Source: Lytechinus pictus (Eukaryota). From it: 64,000 bases of DNA. Positions 29,920-41,619 of this stretch are shown here, piece by piece. Position 1 is the stretch's first letter, and every line of letters starts with the position of its first letter. Both the position numbers and the translations under genes were made by a program. The stretch is from positions 12,588,001 through 12,652,000 of the forward strand of contig NC_087250.1 of the NCBI RefSeq assembly GCF_037042905.1, written 5' to 3'. The notes beneath the pieces were generated by a model. It saw nothing but the letters and a program-made list of their open reading frames with translations. It was not told the DNA's origin and did no database searches.

Positions 29920-29943
29920 TCATAGTATGCTGCAACTTTTCTC
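29920..29943 (-). CDS. MINDY1/2: MINDY1/2-like deubiquitinase, last coding exon (EKSCSIL*, CaaX)
   Basis: Acceptor cccctacAG; phase 0; CaaX-type end as in vertebrate MINDY1/2. Confidence 0.8.
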   Translation of the reverse strand, partial: EKSCSIL

Positions 29944-30559
29944 CTGTAGGGGCAAAGAAAAAAAGAACCAAAATAATGAATCAAAATCAAAATTAAGAAA
30001 GTAATGTCAACATTCGGGCCTGAATTTACAAAAAGAAATTGCATTTGTTCACCAGCAGGTACCAGGTTTGAAGACAGAGGTTTTTCCTCATTTGTAATTT
30101 ACCTGTCTTGTACATCTCTAAGTTCTCTTTACTTTTATGTTTTGCTCTCTTCTAAGCACCTTGAGCATTTAAATGGAAAAGACTATAAAAATCATATGTA
30201 TCATTACCCTTATTATTATTATTTCAATTGTACCATCATTAAAAAAAACAAAAAGTTTTAAGTTTGGGATTCACACAAGCATGAGCTGTACACACTGTAC
30301 GATCTATGCAACTTCAAAGCAGTCCGGAAAATGTGGCTTCAAAGACCTCTTGTATTTTTTTTTTCATTCAACTGTAACAATTTGACATTTTGACAGTATG
30401 CAGAAGAAGAATCTTTCCTTCAGAATAAGCTTCTTTTTCTCTTTTTAAAGACTAAATTACTATTTTGGATATCTACAGAGATCCCTCCCTGCCGACTTAT
30501 CGTTGGTGTTAGGGTGGCAGGTCCCATATAGAAAAGCATGGCCCTACCCTAAAAATATT

Positions 30560-30941
30560 TATTTCCAATTCGTCCAATTGCCAACTCGTCTTCTATCATT
30601 TGGTCTACCATCAGTTTGTCCACTCACCATATGGTCTACTTTCATTTAATCTAATGCCATTCACTCTAATAACCAGTTGGTCCAATGGCCATTTAGTCCA
30701 GATACCATTTTGTCTAATTGGATTAAGTATTAAATGTGTAAAATGAATGAAAATGAAATAGATATTAGACCAACTGGTTATGAGACGAAATGGTCATAGA
30801 CGAAATGGTGATTAGACAAAGTGATGATTGGACCAAATGGTTGTTAGACGAAACGTTGATGGATGAAATGGCATTAGACTAAATAAAGGTAGACCATGTG
30901 GTGAGTGGACGAGTTGGCAGTAGACGAATTGGCAATTTACC
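30560..30941. mobile_element. Palindromic MITE (CCAATTCGTC...GACGAATTGG)
   Basis: Inverted arms built of ~20-bp subrepeats; CCCTAAAAATATT on both flanks. Confidence 0.65.
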
Positions 30942-30973
30942 CCTAAAAATATTGAAATTCAAAACCTGCTTAC

Positions 30974-31208
30974 CTCTTTTCTTCTTGACCCTTCGCCATC
31001 ACCATCACCATTAGGAGCACCTTGACCCTGCGGCCTCGGCGACGACCTAGTTGACCTTTGACCTACTGGCCGAGCAGCGACCTGACCTGAAGGGCTACGG
31101 CGAGGTTGCTGCTGTTGTCCTTGTTGTTGCTGTTCCTGCTCATTTTGGCTGATCTGTTGTGCTATTCTGTAATCTTCCTCCTGTTGCAGCTGCATTGCTA
31201 ATTGGTGG
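30974..31208 (-). CDS. MINDY1/2: MINDY1/2-like, coding exon 8 (MIU-like motifs, Gln-rich)
   Basis: ctctccAG / GTaagc; 235 nt, phase 2->0; (D)HQLAMQLQQEEDYRIAQQISQNE... Confidence 0.85.
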
Positions 31209-31219
31209 CTGGAGAGAAC

Positions 31220-31495
31220 AAATAATAATAATGATGATAGCAATACTAATGATAATAAAAATAAAAATAATAATGATAAGAATAACGATAATGATAATAA
31301 TGATAAGAATAACAATAATGATGACAATAATTATTATAATAATAAAAGAAATAATAATAATAATGTTAATAATTATAATAATCATAATGATAAAAACAAT
31401 AACAATGATAATCATCATAATTACAATGAGAATAAATATGACAATGAAGATGATGATAATAATAATAATCATGATAATAATAATAATAATACCAA
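31220..31495 (+). repeat. (ATA)n degenerate microsatellite
   Basis: Direct inspection. Confidence 0.95.
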
Positions 31496-32160
31496 AACTA
31501 CTCATGCTGTTGCTAATACTAAATTTACTACTGCTGCTGAAAGAATATTAAAATACATGTATATGTTTTTCTGATTTGTTTTTTATTCATATACTTGATT
31601 AGAATCCAACAAGGAGTAGACAAACAAAATTTTAAAGTTCAAGCATAATTTTTAGTTTACAGGTTAATTAGAATATAAAATCTGATTAAAAGAAATGTAA
31701 GCTCTCTGACTGCACAGAATGCATCATTTTCTATCATTGTCTGCAGCCAGGATATGAGGGGAGCCACAATGCCACCACCCCCCCTCCTGACTTGCAAGAC
31801 TCAAATTAATTTGCCGTGGGACACAAAAGACAAGTGAGCCTGCGCTTGTCAGAGAAATGCCAAATGGCCAAGACTGTGAAATTAGTCTTGGGGTTTCTAG
31901 TCCAAAATATGATTCATTTTGTTAAATATATTTGTTTATAATTTCCAATGCTCCAGATACACGTATTGCATTATACATAAGGAGCTTAAGAGCTGCTACC
32001 CCTGAATCAACCGTTTGAAAATGAATGCTGCAATCATAAAATTTAAATCAAAGAATAGTAATAATTAGTTTTCTCCCCGTAGCCATTCTTTAGAAAAGCT
32101 GCCACATTAATTATTTAGCATTTCAAACAGCAAACAAAGAACCATAACATTACAAAGATA

Positions 32161-32766
32161 TGAGATAAAAAAGCCTCTCCCGCTGCATTCCTGAAACTAC
32201 CTCAAAAATATCGCGAAAACAATTTTCATTGCTATTCCCCATAATTAATTAAGCATGCAAAGAGTTGGGCATTTTTCGGGAAAGTTGGGGGATGTGAAAC
32301 TTACTCTGTTAACATGTCCTTGGGTAGCTTCACATCTGCTGGAGGGGTTTCCCCTGGTTTTGGGCTGTTGAGATAAAAAAGCCTCTCCCGCTGCATTCCT
32401 GAAACTACCTCAAAAATATCGCGAAAACAATTTTCATTGCTATTCCCCATAATTAATTAAGCATGCAAAGAGTTGGGCATTTTTTTTTGGGCTTACTCTG
32501 TTAACATGTCCTTGGGTAGCTTCACATCTGCTGGAGGGGTTTCCCCTGTTTTGGGCTGTTGAGATAAAAAAGCCTCTCCCGCTGCATTCCTGAAACTACC
32601 TCAAAAATATCGCGAAAACAATTTTCATTGCTATTCCCCATAATTAATTAAGCATGCAAAGAGTTGGGCATTTTTCGGGAAAGTTGGGGGATGTGAAACT
32701 TACTCTGTTAACATGTCCTTGGGTAGCTTCACATCTGCTGGAGGGGTTTCCCCTGTTTTGGGCTGT
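32161..32766. repeat. Three tandem ~208-bp copies spanning the 3' half of MINDY exon 7, its donor and intron start
   Basis: Units 32161-32368, 32369-32559 (internal deletion), 32560-32766. Confidence 0.92.
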
Positions 32767-32829
32767 TGATTGTTTGACGCACCCTCCCCTTGAGGATTGG
32801 TGTCTTGCAGTGACAATGCTAAAAGTAGG
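32704..32829 (-). CDS. MINDY1/2: MINDY1/2-like, coding exon 7 (MIU-like DLLLALSLQ)
   Basis: tttcatacAG / GTaagt; 126 nt, phase 2->2. Confidence 0.85.
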
Positions 32830-33082
32830 CTGTATGAAACAGAGGAAAGGAATACGAATATACACATTGACCACAGTAAAATGCTTGCCTTACGTACAGA
32901 AGTTGTGGGCTGGAAGATAATCATAATAAAGACCTGTTTTAATATAAAAACAGATGGAACGAGTCTGGCATACTTGCCTGCATTACGCAATTCAATATAG
33001 CAGCAGTGCTGACTTTGAAAATGACTATTGAATAATTTTTCACAAAAAACACCATTCATATGATGATAAAATACTGTGTTCA

Positions 33083-33440
33083 CTGACCCTAAATGACATT
33101 TGATGATCAGTGATACTTGATTACCCTTATGTCCACATTTTATGAACTAGATCCATAAACTTTCAAAGTTATGATGGCAATTTCACAATACCCCTCCAAC
33201 ATCCCAAAGTTCATTGACCTTAAATGACCTTTGACCTTCGTCATGTGACTTGAAACTCACGCATGATGTTCAGTGATACACCACTACCCTTGTGTCCAAG
33301 TTTCATGAACTAGGTCGATATACTTTCTAATTTATGATGACATTTCAGAAACTTAACCTTGGTTAACATTTCATGTTGACGACATCGCCGTCGGAAAAGC
33401 GGCACCTATAGTCTCGCTCTACTATGCAACCCAGACAAAA
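33083..33440. mobile_element. Fragment of a repetitive element with TGACCTTTGACC subrepeats (Helentron/HINE-like)
   Basis: Duplicated CAGTGATAC...ATGAACTAG blocks and TGACCT motifs. Confidence 0.4.
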
Positions 33441-33664
33441 ATAGAGCCTTCTCCCTTCTTGATAGAAGCTTGGCATGATACAATATGTGTTGAAGGGCCT
33501 TTCTGCAATAAAACAGCTGATATTTAAAGAAGAAGTACATGTAGGTCCAGGGGAAGAAGAGGAAGAGGAGAAGAAGAAGAAGAAGGAAAAGAGTGAGAAG
33601 AAGAAGATAAGGGCAAAGAAAACAAAGAAAAAGGAAAATAATTTTTTTTTCATCAATTACTCAC

Positions 33665-33849
33665 TCTGTGTCTATTTGTTGAGATGTACTCATAGGAGGG
33701 GGTGGGTTCAGGGGTCCAGACGTAACCGCTCTCCGTCGGAAAGTGCCATCAACAAAGTAGCTATCGCCCTCTACGTTAGACAGTGTCTCCCAAACGACAT
33801 TGCTTTCGGTCAAGAAGCCCTGGTCTGTCACTAACACATAAAGTTCATT
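33665..33849 (-). CDS. MINDY1/2: MINDY1/2-like, coding exon 6
   Basis: ttgtttatAG / GTgagt; 185 nt, phase 0->2; NELYVLVTDQGFLTESNVVWETLSNVEGDSYF matches the MINDY LYLLVTDQG...VVWE motif. Confidence 0.92.
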
Positions 33850-33938
33850 CTATAAACAAAAAGGAAAACACAAATAATTCTGACTTTTTATATAAAGATT
33901 CTGAGCAAAATAATAACAATAATAATAATGATAATAAT

Positions 33939-35646
33939 AACTAGAATTTTAATTCGTCATGAGGACGAATTTAATAGGTGATCTGTCTCTGATTTCATGA
34001 TCAGGAAGACAATCAGCATGTTTATTGACATCAATATGATCATTATGATGAAAACTGAACTTCTCTTACGAAAAGAACGTGTTGAATACTCTTGAAAAGA
34101 AAGAAATGAGAAACTTTGGAAAATAGGTGTAAATGAAACACATGGTACATGTACATGTTATATTAAAAGGATTTTTTAAAACTATTTTATTGTGCAATGT
34201 TTTAACTTATATACCTTGTAATGGTCATGAAGGACCATTTGTGAAATGATGAAAAGAAAAAAAAAATAAATAAAAAATGTTCACCCCGAGGTTCCAACCC
34301 TCGACCTTAGGATTGCAAGTCTGATGCCTTATCAACTGAGCTACACTATTTCCCATAGACTTTTACACATAAGCACTATTTCCCATAGACTTTACACATA
34401 GCAAATTGAGAGGATCTCAAATCCAATTTTGCAAGTGAAATACGGGCATGATCTCGGCATCTGATTGGAAAATGGAGACCACACTGGCGATAGCTTACAA
34501 TCTCAGCTACAACATACTCTAAGCTCAGAGAAAACCGACAAAAAGAAATGGAGATATGGCTCGCGAAATAGAAGAATGTAAAATCCAGTTTTGAGAAAAA
34601 GTCATTTCCCATAGAGATTGCACACAAAATGAGCGAAAATGACATGCCTCTATAACTTGCCATTTTTCAGGATGATTCATTCCTTTAAAAGAAAATGTAG
34701 CCATCAAATTAAAAAGAGTATGTCCTCAGCTACAATATATTGAAAACTGAGCGAAAATTGGCCAATATTTGAGGAGTTAGTGTCAAATTTGCATAACTAT
34801 GATGACGTCATACATGTAGGTAGCAAAGTGGGAATTTTGAGTTTCGACGCCACTTTGATGACGTCATGATAAAATTAAGGGTCAAATGTGACATGAAATC
34901 ATATCTCCCATCTATACACTATTGGAATATGAAAAAAAAATCGGGGGTCAACGGACTATCTAAAGAGCTATAATGAATTTTGTATAGGCATGTTTTTGCA
35001 CATATATTGTCTATGGTTAGTGCGCGCGCACGTGCGTGCTGGCAACTTTGATGGAGGCTTATTCCGTTATTACTTGTCGTAAAAGGTTGATCAAGGTATC
35101 AAATTATTCAGAATTATATTATCAATGCATTGATATAAAGAAAATGGCAACCCTATGCTCTATAGTGCCGTTACGCGCGAGAACGCGCGCGTAACCGTGC
35201 GCGCGCGCAAATTTTTGAAATGCTTAAAATGACCTGATTCGTACTCTACTTTGGTCAAAAAGTGATTTTGAGCATTTTAAAATTTTGTGACCTTTACATG
35301 ACCTTTAATGACATGGACAGTTGACCCTTAACCTGAAGTTAATGTGATGTAAATATTGTTAATTTTTGATAATTGATGATGAAGATATGATTGATAATGT
35401 GATTTTACAAAATGGCGTCTAGATGACGTCATGATGACCTTTTGACCTTGAACTTGTCTTATACACATCACATGATAAGTCTTCATATCTGATGATATTT
35501 TGAAGATACTTGATGGTATAGATTTGGAGATTTTGTGCTAACAAGAAAAGGGTGGAAAATAAAAATAAATAATAAATAAATAAATAAATAAAAAAGAAAA
35601 TTTGTACGAAATTAATAGTTGATCTGTCGATTGACAGATCACCTAA
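33939..35646 (-). mobile_element. Helentron-associated (HINE/DINE-1-like) non-autonomous element
   Basis: Subterminal inverted repeat TAGGTGATCTGTC (~33975) / GACAGATCACCTA (~35633); hairpin GATCTGTC-GATT-GACAGATC, adjacent (TAAA)n, opposite-end stem-loop AATTCGTC-ATGAG-GACGAATT and terminal CTAG. Confidence 0.65.
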
Positions 35647-35654
35647 TAATATTA

Positions 35655-35891
35655 ATGACATTAATAATTTTAACGTTTTATTTACCAAGGGTGCCAATTC
35701 AATTAGAAAACTGGTCTTCCAGTGGGCCCTTCCTAACAAAATATGTTACTATTACCCTTCTCCAATCCAAATGCTGAGTGCCTAAAGGGAAGGCAGAAGG
35801 TCCCATATTTATGAGTCTCTAGTATAACTCGGGCGGGTATTGAACCCATGACCTCCTGTTCATGAGATAGGCACTCTACCACTGAGCCACC
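35655..35891 (-). mobile_element. tRNA-derived SINE, degraded
   Basis: Minus strand GGTGGCTCAGTGGTAGAG (A box)...GGTTCAATACC (B box); 3' end resembles the tail of the SINE at 60473. Confidence 0.6.
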
Positions 35892-36392
35892 TTACAGATG
35901 TATTTCATCCCCATTTACAAAAGACTAATAATGGAAAAGGAGAACCCTTGGAAAAGCCTGGCATGGCTATGCAAAATATAAGTTCTCACAAAAATATATA
36001 ATTCATATTGATATTTTAGAAGATAGAGTATACATCAAAACGTTAAAGGGATTGACAAAAAAATGAACAAAGCCATATTAAAGAAACAATGTACAAGATA
36101 AAAAGAAAACGGGTGGAGGAAATATCATTGATACTTTGAATACAAAGTTTAAATTTATCAACAGGTCATAGAGTTTTATCCCTCTTAGATAACAGAATGC
36201 TGTTTCATAATCTATAAATCTTGTGTACACGTATATAAAGTTGCAAGAAGTAAATTCATTGTAGTCTTTACCCAATAGGGTACCCAGTAGGATTTGAAAG
36301 TCGATGTGATTAGATTGGCATGTGTGAACTGATTGACGGTTGCCTAACCAGGATGGCAATCCCAAGGCAGTGAAGATGGTGGACTGTATGCA

Positions 36393-36575
36393 TGGAACAG
36401 TGATGGATCAAATGACCGTGATAATTAAAATTACATGTAAAGCGCTTACAACACAAAGTATGAAGCGCTACATAAATTATTATTATCATCAATATTACTA
36501 CTACTTCTACTACTACTACTACTACATGTACTACTACTACTACTACTATTACTATTACTATTATTATTACTATTA

Positions 36576-36606
<31 letters not shown>

Positions 36607-37015
36607 TATTAATATTAATACTTGCATTGTGTTTATAGAGCGTGCTGAAGTGGTTATTTCTGAAGAATACACACAGCTCTTCTTCTTTTATGGTCGAGTT
36701 CAGTTGGAACAGTGATGGATCAAACCACCATGATAATTAAAATTACATGTAAAGCGTTTACAACACAAAGTATGAAGCGCTACATAAATTATTATTATCA
36801 TCAATATTACTACTACTACTACTACTATTACTATTACTATTACTATTACTATTGTACTATTACTATCATTATTATTATTATTAATATTATTATTATTATC
36901 ATTATTATTATTATCATTACTATTATTAATACTTGCATTGTGTTTATAGAGCGTGCTGAAGTGGTTATTTCTGAAGAATACACACAGCTCTTCTTCTTTT
37001 ATAGTCGAGTTCAGT
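36393..37015. repeat. Tandem ~311-bp duplication of the 3' part of MINDY exon 5 plus donor and microsatellite
   Basis: Units 36393-36704 and 36705-37015. Confidence 0.9.
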
Positions 37016-37079
37016 TCACACAGTCCGTGGTATGTAAGCTGAGAAGCGTTGCTGGCAAGAAACTGCTCTGCGAGAAGAC
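36937..37079 (-). CDS. MINDY1/2: MINDY1/2-like, coding exon 5 (catalytic His, FFRNNHF)
   Basis: acacgtAG acceptor; GCaagt donor required by phase; 143 nt; (G)LLAEQFLASNASQLTYHGLCELNSTIKEEELCVFFRNNHFSTLYKHN. Confidence 0.92.
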
Positions 37080-37488
37080 CTACGTGTCAAAAATAAGAAA
37101 AAGAGAAAAACATATTTTGTTGGTGGGTGGACACAACCACTTATCCAATGAAAATGATCAGTATTTCCCCCCCCCCAAAGAAGAAACTCCTCCCCCCCCC
37201 CGACATTTTTAAAACCAGCCACCCCAAATCCGACTAAGTCGCCAGGATAGTTTCTCTGTAAATAGGCAAAATAGTAATTTTGTTTTTGAAAAGCAATGAT
37301 TAGAAAATGAACTTTTCTGAAAGAGTTATTCTTCTTCTTTATACTACCAACATTGTAAAGTGGAATAAAAGACAAGATATTTTAGCATTTCCTTGACATC
37401 AATTTTTGCAGATTAGTTTTTCACCGAGATGGTACAGTGCGCACATCTCATCTGCCAACTCTGTAGTCGGGGACCAATCCATATTTAA

Positions 37489-38053
37489 AGGGGAATCCAA
37501 ATAAAAAGTTGTTTTTAGGGGATTCAGACAAGTTGATAGGTGAAAGTCTGAACAATAAGAAAGTTATGAATTTTTTAAAGGTGTGAAAATTGGTAACCAC
37601 TATACCCATGGAGACTTCAAATTGGCCGCATATGTGATGTCATAGTGATGTAAGGCAAGGGCTACTCTTCCATGTACTCCAATACATACAATGGCTAAAA
37701 AGTCATTTTTTCAAAAGCTATACTTCAAATTATATTTTTCTTTCATGAGGACATAAAACAGTATACTACCTGGGTTATATTTAGATTACTGCCCCAGGGG
37801 AATGGGTACTTAGTAGAAAACCACATATCCCTGATAATTAAGTACATGGCCTATGGGAAAGTTGTCCTTGCCCCTTGTCATAATTTACTTACCAAGTTGC
37901 CAATTTGAAATCTACCTAGTCTGAGGGATCTCAATTTTAAAGCACCCATAACTTTCTTCTTGCTTGTCTGATTTCTTTCAAATTTTCACCATTATGTCTT
38001 CTTTATTTTTCTCCTTTCCAACACAACATTCATGACCAAGGCTGGGTTCCCCT
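37489..38053. mobile_element. TTAA-TSD MITE (AGGGGAA...TTCCCCT)
   Basis: TTAA|AGGGGAATCC...GGTTCCCCT|TTAA with inverted subterminal arms. Confidence 0.7.
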
Positions 38054-38114
38054 TTAAATGCTAGACAACTTCTATTAAGTACTACACAGTAATACTCTTG
38101 ATACTCGAGCTCAC

Positions 38115-38305
38115 CTTTTCTCACGTCTTCGTCATTTGCTGATGACTTGGTAGCGATGATGCGCTCCACCAGCTGGTTGTAGCTGCATGTCCCTACAGCG
38201 GAGACCACCTCGAGGTTCTGGGGGTCGTAGAGCCAGCCATGGTAGAGGGCGATATTTAGTAGATCAAAGACCACGCACTCCTGTGTGTACTCAAAATCTT
38301 TCACC
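38115..38305 (-). CDS. MINDY1/2: MINDY1/2-like, coding exon 4
   Basis: ctaccAG / GTgagc; 191 nt, phase 2->1; VKDFEYTQECVVFDLLNIALYHGWLYDPQ...SYNQLVERII. Confidence 0.95.
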
Positions 38306-38475
38306 CTGGTAGATGCGAGAAATACGAAGGAAGAGGACATACGATGCTATTCAAAAATTGTTAACATTCTTTTAAATATCCATAATATTCAATGAGGAAA
38401 TGGTACAATGATTGTTTTCCTATTTGAGAAGACGTTGATAACGTAACAAAGCACTTATATGTTTATAAACACTGT

Positions 38476-39322
38476 ATGATGACAGCGATCATGATGATGA
38501 GGATATCAAGGCTGGTGAGGAGGATGATTATGATTATGACGATGGTGGTGATGATGGGGATGATGATGATGATTGAGATGGAGATGAAAATGATGATGAT
38601 AATGATCATGACAAAATTGATAATATTGATGATAGAGGTGACGATGGTGATGATGTTGATGGTGGTGGTGATGATGATAATGATGATTGAGATGATGATG
38701 GAGATTATGATGATGATTATGTTGGTGACGATGATGATGATGACGATGATGATGGAGATTATGATGATGATGGGATGATGATAGTGGTGGTAATGATGAT
38801 GATGATGTTGGTGGTGATAATTGGATGTTAAGAATTATGGTGGCAGCGATGACGGTGATGACAATGATGATGATAATACAATTGGTCATATTGATGATGG
38901 TGGTGCTGATCAGATGTTGATAATTATAGTGATGATACTGATGATGGAGCTGATGAGGATGATTTTGATCATTACCATGATGAGTGAGGTTATCATTATG
39001 ATCATCACCATCCGCACTGTCACCATCACCATCATCATCATACTCATTATCATCATCACCATTATCATCATCACCATCACCATCAACATCATCATCATCA
39101 CCATCATCATCATCATTATCATTATTATCAATATCATCATTATCATCACCATCACCATCATCATCATCACCATCATCATCACCACCACCATTATCACTAT
39201 CATCATCATCACCATCATCATCATTCATCACCACCATCATCACCACCATTACCATCATCGTCATCATCACTGCCACTACCAGCATCACCACTAACAACGC
39301 CACCACCACCATCATCATCATC
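38476..39322. repeat. (GAT)n tract followed by complementary (CAT)n tract
   Basis: GAT/GGT-rich 38476-~38970, CAT/CAC-rich ~38990-39322. Confidence 0.95.
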
Positions 39323-39356
39323 CCCTGACCCTATCTCTGGATAAAGTTGGACTTAC

Positions 39357-39463
39357 CCTGTGAATTTAACATTAACATCTAGCCCAGTCTGAAGACGTGA
39401 CATGATTTCCATGGCATCATGCATATTCTGCTCGTAATTCTTCTGAATGTCATCCGATGCATC
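39357..39463 (-). CDS. MINDY1/2: MINDY1/2-like, coding exon 3
   Basis: ctctttAG / GTaagt; 107 nt, phase 0->2; ...NYEQNMHDAMEIMSRLQTGLDVNVKFTG. Confidence 0.95.
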
Positions 39464-40196
39464 CTAAAGAGGAATAGAAGAAAAGCCAATAAACTGAGAT
39501 TGGTAACTTACATGCAGTGTTATACATGTAGCTACAGTGGTCGGCAGTGGTCAACCAAACTGGCACAGAATATTTCTGACCACAACTCATCATGACAAAC
39601 ATCATTTCCGTCCGTCACTATTTTCAAATGAAGTTTCAAGGACAACTCCTTGCAAAGAAGCATTGTGCCGCATTGACTTCCTTCTTTAATCTTGTTTTAT
39701 TTGCATAATTTACAATAAACGTTCCTAGATATTTGATAAATATTGAATTATTTTGAAAGATTTGCTAATGTCACTAGCTTGGCCTAAAACAATATGTATT
39801 GGCGTGAAATTGCGACCACCACTAAAAAAGGCTCTAGCTAGAACACTGCCCAGGTATCAGACAAAATGCATACATTGCAAGCAAAAATCCAACACCCAAA
39901 TAATAAATGATGATCTGTAAAGTGCTCTGAAGCATGAATTGTCAGGTCCACAGAACTACATGTAGCTTTTTTGAAAATTGTCACTCAAAAATTAATCTAA
40001 CAAATTCTTGTGCATACAGGTGACTCTTCCGGTGACCAAGGAAATCTGATCAACCATATACAGAGATCACCTGAGGAGATATATGATTATTCATATTTTG
40101 AATGTTCTGTTGTGAAATAATGCTTTGAATTAGACGAATATCAGCCTCATGGAAGGTCTACATATGCGCCGTCTACTGAATTGTTAAAAAGGGTAC

Positions 40197-40462
40197 CTTT
40201 GGCATTCTTGAAAGCAGATGGTCTCCGAGATATTCAAAGAGCTGACTGGCCGACACCATCTCCACCATCTGTGGTATCTGAATGGTTTCTCGTAGCAACA
40301 TGACATTCACGATCGCGATTAGAGGGCACGGGCCATTCTCGTTCTGCGTGATGATCGGCGTGTTCTGGTTGCGCCACGAGACCCACTTGACATGGTAAGC
40401 TTGGACCGGTTGTGCCGCAGAACGAGGGCTGGCGGTGGCGGAACCCGACGCAACTGCATCGG
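40197..40462 (-). CDS. MINDY1/2: MINDY1/2-like, coding exon 2 (catalytic Cys, QNENGPCPL)
   Basis: YHVKWVSW...PIITQNENGPCPLIAIVNVMLL; donor AAG|GTacc; acceptor at 40462 (an in-frame alternative exists at 40453). Confidence 0.93.
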
Positions 40463-40904
40463 CTTCATTTGAAAACAAAATAGAGAACGAATATTAAAAG
40501 AATGACCAAAATCCATTATAGTTCATTCAAGTAAATAGTATATACTTTTATGTATACATGTTCAAGTATCAATTTGCTTACTTCTTTAATTTCAGGCACT
40601 TTTTGGGTGGAATTGGGATATGAATTACACACAAAAATATGAATTTGATCAATAGTTGGGCTTGTGTCATTTTTCCTTTCATTTATGTGTACTCATGTGG
40701 TTAAATTTCTTATTTTGAACTATCAAACATCTTCTTATATTTTTAGAAGATATCATATCACATCTTATAAGAAATTATAAATTAGCCATTATCATTCAAG
40801 CATTACTGATTTGTAACTACAGGTAGGTGAAAAACCAAGGCTACGCTCTTCTCTGTACGTAAGCAATTCTCTGACACACTGAGAAGTACATGAGACCATC
40901 TTAC

Positions 40905-41292
40905 ACATCACGGCTACAGCAGCACCTGTGCTTTCTTCTGGAATGCCTCCCTCTGCTCCTCTCACTTCCCCGGTTTCAGTGTCCATCGCACTGCAGGCTG
41001 CACCTGCTCCTGCGTCCTGTACTTCACTCATGTCCATTGGCTGATCCTTCAATTTCACACCCTCCCCCTGCTCTGGCCCTTTCTCTTCTTCTGATTGCTG
41101 TTCCACTGTCTGAACATCCTCCAACTTCTCAACCGGCGAGGAATCTGCCATGACAGTTATATCGTTTCCTATGGAATTGTCCGTGCTTGGTGTTTCGTCT
41201 GAACTGCACGTCGCCGTGGTCTCTTTAGGAGATTCTGCCACAACTCCTTGCTCGATTACAGTGTCCGATATCGAAGATGGTTCCTCCATCAT
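40905..41292 (-). CDS. MINDY1/2: MINDY1/2-like, coding exon 1 (acidic N-terminus)
   Basis: ATG at 41292; exon acceptor ccttccAG (exon starts 41540); donor GTaaga at 40905, phase 1. Confidence 0.8.
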
Positions 41293-41302
41293 GGGCACAG
41301 AT

Positions 41303-41536
41303 CAGCCAATCGGTGTAGATCTTTAATTCAGCCAATCGGTGTAGATCTTTAATTCAGCCAATCGGTGCAGATCTATAATTCTGCCAATCGATGTAGATCT
41401 TTAATTCAGCCAATCAGTGTAGATCTTTAATTCAGCCAATCGGTGTAGATCTTTAATTCAGCCAATCAGTGTAGATCTTTAATTCAGCCAATCGGTGTAG
41501 ATCTTTAATTCAGCCAAATGATGTAGATCTTCAATC
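41303..41536. repeat. Nine tandem 26-bp units CAGCCAATCGGTGTAGATCTTTAATT in the MINDY 5' UTR
   Basis: Direct inspection; head-to-tail, no spacers. Confidence 0.95.
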
Positions 41537-41619
41537 GTATCTGGAAGGAAAAAGTGGGGCAATGATTTATTGGTACATGAAACACTAGTAAATAATGGGG
41601 TCAATTAGAAAGTGTGACT

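Noticed and set aside
38476..39321. Poly-Met/Asp/His/Ile ORFs
   Set aside because: Trinucleotide microsatellites in an intron; likewise 31140-31551 and 36310-36930
41303..41536. CRISPR-like array
   Set aside because: Units are contiguous with no unique spacers, no cas genes, eukaryotic context
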